Made by a program: the position numbers and the translations under genes. DNA of 64,000 nt, taken from sequence record OR142618.1, one strand, 5' to 3'. Below are positions 58,196-64,000 of this stretch, in pieces. The stretch's first letter is position 1. Each line of letters opens with the position of its first letter. The notes under the pieces were generated by a model. That model made no database searches and was not told the DNA's origin. It worked only from the letters and a program-made list of their open reading frames with translations.

Positions 58196-58801
58196 TTACC
58201 CCATTTGCACTCTAACAGTATATTGTATTTGTAATGCTCTATTAGATGATTTTTGTATAGGATGGAATATTACATGAGTAATCATTATTGCTTCACTTTG
58301 ATCTAAATTTCCAGCTATACTAGGTGGCCCTACATATAACGCAATTTCATCGAATACAGAACTATCTTTATTATCTTCTGCAAAACTGGGAGCTCTGTCT
58401 ATAATTTGTTGTTGTAGTCCTGCTTCATCGTATGCAAGAGTAGTGGTTACTTTTAAATCTGAAAAATTTGTACTTCCTAAAATAACTTCTATTTTATTCT
58501 GAAGTGTATTATCTATTTCTTTTTTAAATGTTTCGTTATATAACGAATCGTCGGGATTACGTATAATAGAAACATTGGGTTCCCTATAAATTATTTCACC
58601 CTCAGCAGTCACTCGAGTACCGCCGTTGCCGAAAGCCATATATCTTACGTGCCCGTTATCTTGTCCAGCCAATGCAGATACTATAGCAGCAGCCAAATTA
58701 CCGAAATGAATTGCATTCTTTTTGCTAAGAAGTATTTCACCCGTGTCTTTATCTACAATAGTAAGATGCCCAATAGCACGGATAGTTCCACTATCTTGCA
58801 T
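58196..58801 (-). CDS. virion structural protein (baseplate-associated)
   Basis: KKNAIHFGN...MAFGNGG...FDEIAL...HVIFHPIQKSSNR pattern; operon context. Confidence 0.75.
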   Translation of the reverse strand: MQDSGTIRAIGHLTIVDKDTGEILLSKKNAIHFGNLAAAIVSALAGQDNGHVRYMAFGNGGTRVTAEGEIIYREPNVSIIRNPDDSLYNETFKKEIDNTLQNKIEVILGSTNFSDLKVTTTLAYDEAGLQQQIIDRAPSFAEDNKDSSVFDEIALYVGPPSIAGNLDQSEAIMITHVIFHPIQKSSNRALQIQYTVRVQMG

Positions 58802-58952
58802 ATTAACCCCTTTTATTTAATAATTCTTTATTTGTTTTCAGATCTACAATTTTAACGTGATCGAGGGCGTGACCGAGCACGTCCTCGTCTGGTTTTTTAT
58901 TGTTACTGTTATCTTTCTTATTATCCATATCGATATTTATCTGTGTTTTAAA

Positions 58953-61900
58953 CTACGGAGTTAATCCACTTCCAGGTCTGTTTTGTAAAAATATAGCCCA
59001 GGGAGTTGTACTTAGAGCAAGACCACCGTTATTATTTTCCCATATGTACTTACCTGTATCTTCTTGTTCTTGTTTATACGAACCGTCAAATACTCTAGTA
59101 TATAAAGGCACAGTTGTATCTCCATTTGTTCCGGTATATACAGATGTCCCTAATGATCCCCTAGTCAATCCGTGTAATTTATTACCGCGTTTATATAAGA
59201 ATTCTATACGTTCGGTTCCTATCCAAACTACACCGGGTTTACTATTAGACGGATCTACTATTGCAGATGCATCTACTAACTCTATAGATTTATCTGTAAG
59301 TTTTAATGGTTTAGCTAATCTAGTGCTATAATAATCAGAAATCCTAACATAGTGTGTTTCGCCCATTTCATCTAGGTGTACCCTGAAGCTTAGTGGTTTG
59401 GCAGGATATTTGATTACAACATTATCACCTTGCATTGTAACTGGATTTATGAAATTGTGTTGTTCATTGAATACAGCTACCCACGAATTATTAACAATAT
59501 CGGTTACTTTTTGAATGTTTGTTTCAGTCCAATCGATTCGTATAATATCGCCTGCGTTAAGAGTACCCTTATATACTACTAATAACTTAGCATTATCACC
59601 TGTTATATTTGTGAATTCTATAGTGTAGTCTTTGTCTTTAGTTTTACTAATTCCATTTATATAAACTGTCTCTCCTACAAAATTACGTATACTAGTATCT
59701 ACAGTGAAAAGTTTTGTATTTGTATACAATATTTCTTTACTCTTACGAGTATATAAATTATTAGATACACTGATCATTCTTTTGTTAGCAGCAACAAACA
59801 TGTCTAAAGTCTGCAACTTATATTCAGATGTAGTAACAGAAGTTATGTTATATTTGTTCATTACATACGAAACATAATCATCTAACTTCATTATAGAATA
59901 AGATTGATATTTAACTGTAATTACAGTTCCTGCACTCGGCGCAATTTCAAAATTAATAACAAGTTCAGGAGTAATTCCACTATTATCTACAACTACTGTA
60001 TAGCCATACATTGCAACTCCGCTTGAATAAACACCCTGGACTCTGTTGGGGAGAATATTCATACCTGTATGTATCATAGTATCTACACCATTTGCAGTAA
60101 TATCTACAAACTTGTATGTAAGTTGTCCCGATGCCTGTGCGACTACTTCGTCAGGATTAGCAATAGTTGGCATATCTATAGGTAGTAGGTACACACTATC
60201 TGCATTTTCTGGAGAATCTATGCTTGGATCCCAAGCAAATGTATCCCATGTGTTTATATCTTTATTTTGTTTTGTATTTCTTAAATCTACAGTTATGTAT
60301 CCTTGAGTATTATCCCTTACTACCGAATTAGTATCAAACCTATAATCGTTAGCTACAGTAGTTTGTGAAGTATAATTATCTTTATAGACTACTGATATAA
60401 TATCACCTGTACTGAAACTAGTAGGATATGCAATGACTACGGTATTAATGCCGTTGTTATCTATATTAAACTTCAATTTGTCTTCAGTATTAGGATCTCC
60501 GTTTATAACTAACCCTATTATATCCTGTAACACTATTTTTTCAGTTAATACTATTTTAACAAACGGGTTCGAAGTATCTGTATTAGTAACAACATACTGA
60601 ACTTCTGTAGTCTTCGCATTAGAATCTACAATAATAACCATGTTCTCTGTAGGAGATACTAATGCTTGTTCTTCTGGGATGCCTTCTCTTACGTCAGTAT
60701 CTTCAAAATATGCACCATCTATTATAGGCTTACTAGTGTCACTGTTAAATGTATTAGTAACAGGATTAAAAGTAAACACTATTTCGTCACCTTCTACTGC
60801 GCCAGGAACTTCTATAGATGTAAAATTAGAACCTTTTGTAGCAGTGTATTGTGTAGAAGATCCATTTAGTGTTACGCTAGTTATATCTACTACATATCGT
60901 ATGACAAATGTTGTTTTTCCTTCCGATATGACTGTTGCACTTGTTTCGGTATAATTAGGAGTAATAACATACGTAGCAGTAGAGGCATCCCATGCGTATT
61001 CGTCCCATTTTGTACTATCCCACGGTCTGCTAAATATGTACTCAAAATCTTTAGCATCTATGACCTTGCCTTCATAGTCACACCCGTATTCGTCGCCGAA
61101 TCGTTCGTTAAATTGGAATAAAACATCTCTCTCGCCGGCTGAACTTTCGTATAGACGTTCAGTAAACGAACTGTATGGATATGAACCGTTTATGGGTGCG
61201 GCACTTAAAATATCCCGTTGCAAGTCAGTTTGATATAATATATATCTTCCAGCAGCGCCAGAATATTGTAAGTATTCAGTCCATAATTGACGATTACCTT
61301 CTTGTATTGTGCCCGGTATACCCCAACGTAATTGACCCCACTTAGGTATACCCCAGCCGCCTGCGATTTTACCAGCTGGATCTATTGCTAAATCAAATAT
61401 AGGTTTAAGCACTTTACCGGGTTGTCTAGCATTATATTCTAACCTCATTTCCTCTAACGGAGTTTGGGTGAATTCTGTACCAGAATATAATTTTATTTTA
61501 GATCCTATTTTAATAAGAGTATTTGATTTAAATGTTACTTGTAGATAACCATTCTCGTTTATTTCTACATCATATTGCTCTTTAGTAATAGTTTTTCCAT
61601 CTACCTTAATTTTCCAAACAGATTTTATATCGGTGTAGTTTACTATTATTACATCACCTGCATCAGGAGTAGAAGGAAGTATTATAAATGTTGCATTTAA
61701 TATTGTAGTGAATGTGTAACCTTCTATTTCTTGCCCATTTATTGTTACAGATGTTATTCTAGAAATATCTTTATTAGCACCTAATTGATATTGAGAAATT
61801 CCATCTAATGCTATAAATTCATCATTAGGAGTATTTGCTATAAGAACTACTTGGCCACCGGTACCGATAAATGTTTGGTCGCCTAAGTCTATATAATTCG

Positions 61901-63998
61901 GTTTAGTTATGTAACCGCATTGTACTCGATCGTATAACGAATTTATATCAAATAATCTGGGTACTTCTATCGGACGGAATGGTGCTTGTTCTCCCTCGTG
62001 ATCGTCTGGCCAATCATATAATGAATCATAGTCATACGCTGTTCCGTTCGCGATATCCATAGGAACATTATATTTTACCCCTAAGTCTCTTATTTTTGTA
62101 GTATACGGTTTAATTTCTTTTATATAAGAAATAAAACTCTGTATAGGATCAGTTGTAACCGATTCTTGCTGAGTTAAACTTTCTCCTTCTTGATTAACTT
62201 TTATATAAGTAGTCTTGAATACCCAATCTAAGTTTTGTTGCTCAGATAAAACATAATTTATTAACGCAAAGAACACTAAGTTCCTCATTACTAAGTTTGC
62301 GTCTTTAAATACATTGTTATAAAGAGCAAATATTAGTTCTCGCAGTGCATTATCATTTGTATATGATCTAGATACTGTATAGATTGCAGGCAACAACTGA
62401 ATAGCACTGTTCTGACGTCCAATTAGCGTAAAATTCTGATTACTGTATTGATAAAGTGTAAATTCTTCAGGTCTTACTAATTTAACTATATCGCCGTCTT
62501 TTAGTTTTCCTACAAGTCCCGTTAATTCACCTACAGTAGACACTTGTTTTACAGGTGTTGTATTAAATTGATTAAATCCGTCAGCATACCAGTTTACATA
62601 TCTCCAAAGAACAGAAGACGCTAATCCATCAGCCCATGCAGGATTAAAATCTTTTATAGATATAGTAGACAGAAGACTGTTTGCATTTTGAACAAATACT
62701 TTTCTTGCTGCCATTCTATTATCTATCATAGATTGTCTAGGTCTTACTTTTATACCCAATTTACTAAATTCAGACAACGTAGGATCAGGAACTATATCTC
62801 CGTTTATGTTATATCCAACTAAACTATCTACTAATCTATTCCATAGATATGTAGGGATAACCGAAACTTCGTCGCCTTCCCTTAGTAGTTTCCATTCTGT
62901 ATGTTTCTCGTTTATATTTTTAGTGTATCTATAATTAACCTGGAATACTGGTGTTTTTCCATTAATAGTTTTTGATACATTAGAAAATACAAACGAATTA
63001 TTTCCTATAAACGAGAACCATTTATAACCCTGCGATTTAGGATTAGTTATAAGATTTTCTACACTAGTAGAAGTCATATTTCTACTTTTTATATTATTAG
63101 GTATTTCTTGTTTACCTTTTACCCAATAATAATATATAGGTGTTGCTTGGCCAGCAGAATTAGTGTCATACCTGACAACATAATCTGTTAACGATTTCGG
63201 TGTGCCAGTGCCGTTGTATAAATCAGGCGTAAACGGACTCGAAACCCATTCGTAAACATTTATTACTGAACCTGGGAATAGTTTACCCCAATTATCCCTT
63301 CTATATTCTAGAATTTGTTCTTTGGTTTCAGATCCATCTAGTTTTCCGGGTTGTTCATATTGTAAATACCTGCAAGTAGATGTATCCCACCATAATCTCC
63401 CCACTTCAGAATCTGTAAATGCCAATTCGTCGTCTATATTTGCAGAATTAGCCGAAACAGAATATGTAGTAGGATCTATTTCTGATTTATAGTGAATGTT
63501 TCTATCAGCAGTTCCGGGTATTAATCCTTTAACTGGATCGTAAACTGGTAGAAAATCTATAGTTTGTTTAGTGTCTTTATCATAGAAATATGCATTTTCA
63601 AATAATTTACTATCTACTAAATTTTGTCTAGAACGAATATTTGTTATAGTAGATCCGGAAACAACAGCAACAGCCCAGTCATTGTCTGAATTTATACTAT
63701 CTATCCATACTTTACCCGATGTTACATTAACCGTTGCATTATTTTTAAATCTCACATTTTTAAAGAATAAAGGATTCTGTATAGGTACATTAGTTACTTG
63801 GTTACCTTCTTTATCAAATATTGCATCTATAACACCGTCCGAATCTACAGTATACGAATATACCATATTGTTTATAACACAATACGGATATAGCGCATTA
63901 GTAGCAGGTGTTAGTCCAGAGTATATAACAAATACACCCCAGTCGATACCTACTGACGAGGCATTACCTACCCAAATGTAACTAGTTAGACTCGGTTT
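58953..63998 (-). CDS. large baseplate wedge protein (>1680 aa; start lies beyond the window)
   Basis: Frame stays open from 63866 to the window end; YLQYEQ...NWGKLFPGS...YEWV, DWVFKTTYI and YIKEIKPYTTKIR motifs of jumbo-myovirus wedge subunits. Confidence 0.85.
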   Translation of the reverse strand, partial: KPSLTSYIWVGNASSVGIDWGVFVIYSGLTPATNALYPYCVINNMVYSYTVDSDGVIDAIFDKEGNQVTNVPIQNPLFFKNVRFKNNATVNVTSGKVWIDSINSDNDWAVAVVSGSTITNIRSRQNLVDSKLFENAYFYDKDTKQTIDFLPVYDPVKGLIPGTADRNIHYKSEIDPTTYSVSANSANIDDELAFTDSEVGRLWWDTSTCRYLQYEQPGKLDGSETKEQILEYRRDNWGKLFPGSVINVYEWVSSPFTPDLYNGTGTPKSLTDYVVRYDTNSAGQATPIYYYWVKGKQEIPNNIKSRNMTSTSVENLITNPKSQGYKWFSFIGNNSFVFSNVSKTINGKTPVFQVNYRYTKNINEKHTEWKLLREGDEVSVIPTYLWNRLVDSLVGYNINGDIVPDPTLSEFSKLGIKVRPRQSMIDNRMAARKVFVQNANSLLSTISIKDFNPAWADGLASSVLWRYVNWYADGFNQFNTTPVKQVSTVGELTGLVGKLKDGDIVKLVRPEEFTLYQYSNQNFTLIGRQNSAIQLLPAIYTVSRSYTNDNALRELIFALYNNVFKDANLVMRNLVFFALINYVLSEQQNLDWVFKTTYIKVNQEGESLTQQESVTTDPIQSFISYIKEIKPYTTKIRDLGVKYNVPMDIANGTAYDYDSLYDWPDDHEGEQAPFRPIEVPRLFDINSLYDRVQCGYITKPNYIDLGDQTFIGTGGQVVLIANTPNDEFIALDGISQYQLGANKDISRITSVTINGQEIEGYTFTTILNATFIILPSTPDAGDVIIVNYTDIKSVWKIKVDGKTITKEQYDVEINENGYLQVTFKSNTLIKIGSKIKLYSGTEFTQTPLEEMRLEYNARQPGKVLKPIFDLAIDPAGKIAGGWGIPKWGQLRWGIPGTIQEGNRQLWTEYLQYSGAAGRYILYQTDLQRDILSAAPINGSYPYSSFTERLYESSAGERDVLFQFNERFGDEYGCDYEGKVIDAKDFEYIFSRPWDSTKWDEYAWDASTATYVITPNYTETSATVISEGKTTFVIRYVVDITSVTLNGSSTQYTATKGSNFTSIEVPGAVEGDEIVFTFNPVTNTFNSDTSKPIIDGAYFEDTDVREGIPEEQALVSPTENMVIIVDSNAKTTEVQYVVTNTDTSNPFVKIVLTEKIVLQDIIGLVINGDPNTEDKLKFNIDNNGINTVVIAYPTSFSTGDIISVVYKDNYTSQTTVANDYRFDTNSVVRDNTQGYITVDLRNTKQNKDINTWDTFAWDPSIDSPENADSVYLLPIDMPTIANPDEVVAQASGQLTYKFVDITANGVDTMIHTGMNILPNRVQGVYSSGVAMYGYTVVVDNSGITPELVINFEIAPSAGTVITVKYQSYSIMKLDDYVSYVMNKYNITSVTTSEYKLQTLDMFVAANKRMISVSNNLYTRKSKEILYTNTKLFTVDTSIRNFVGETVYINGISKTKDKDYTIEFTNITGDNAKLLVVYKGTLNAGDIIRIDWTETNIQKVTDIVNNSWVAVFNEQHNFINPVTMQGDNVVIKYPAKPLSFRVHLDEMGETHYVRISDYYSTRLAKPLKLTDKSIELVDASAIVDPSNSKPGVVWIGTERIEFLYKRGNKLHGLTRGSLGTSVYTGTNGDTTVPLYTRVFDGSYKQEQEDTGKYIWENNNGGLALSTTPWAIFLQNRPGSGLTP

Positions 63999-64000
63999 AG

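Noticed and set aside
1-64000. tRNA, tmRNA or rRNA genes; integrase or transposase
   Set aside because: No cloverleaf with T-loop GTTCRA plus acceptor stem, no tmRNA ends, and no recombinase or DDE motifs were recognised by eye; tRNAscan/ARAGORN would be definitive.

Overview
This is a 64-kb segment of a very AT-rich, large lytic myovirus genome. It is most likely a Pseudomonas jumbo phage of the PA5oct/MIJ3/GAP32/RaK2-like type, inferred from the virion-gene style and from embedded GC-rich, Pseudomonas-like genes. There are four zones. (1) 1-16.7 kb holds a 5'-partial tilS, an M23 peptidase and a dense plus-strand array of about 45-110 aa AT-rich ORFs. Most share a hydrophobic-Q/S-x-x-T/C-x-x-I repeat unit, and the array includes a recent tandem duplication. 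(2) 16.7-48.2 kb is an early/host-takeover-type region of sigma70 promoter-gene-terminator cassettes. The cassettes are joined by a recurrent GCAAATAAG/CTTATTTGC element and GGAAAGGGG...CCCCTTTCC terminators. This zone contains GC-rich captured genes, three paralogous basic proteins, a minimal kinase-like protein, an Rmf-like protein, a DenV-like glycosylase, a DUF1566 protein and five ORF-free, promoter-driven, strongly structured RNA candidates. (3) 48.2-53.8 kb is a second AT-rich small-ORF array with low-complexity tracts. (4) 53.8-64 kb is a minus-strand baseplate/tail-fibre operon running off the window. No tRNA, rRNA, CRISPR array, integrase, transposase or reverse transcriptase was recognised. 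All family calls come from motifs read by eye; no searches or folding programs were run.
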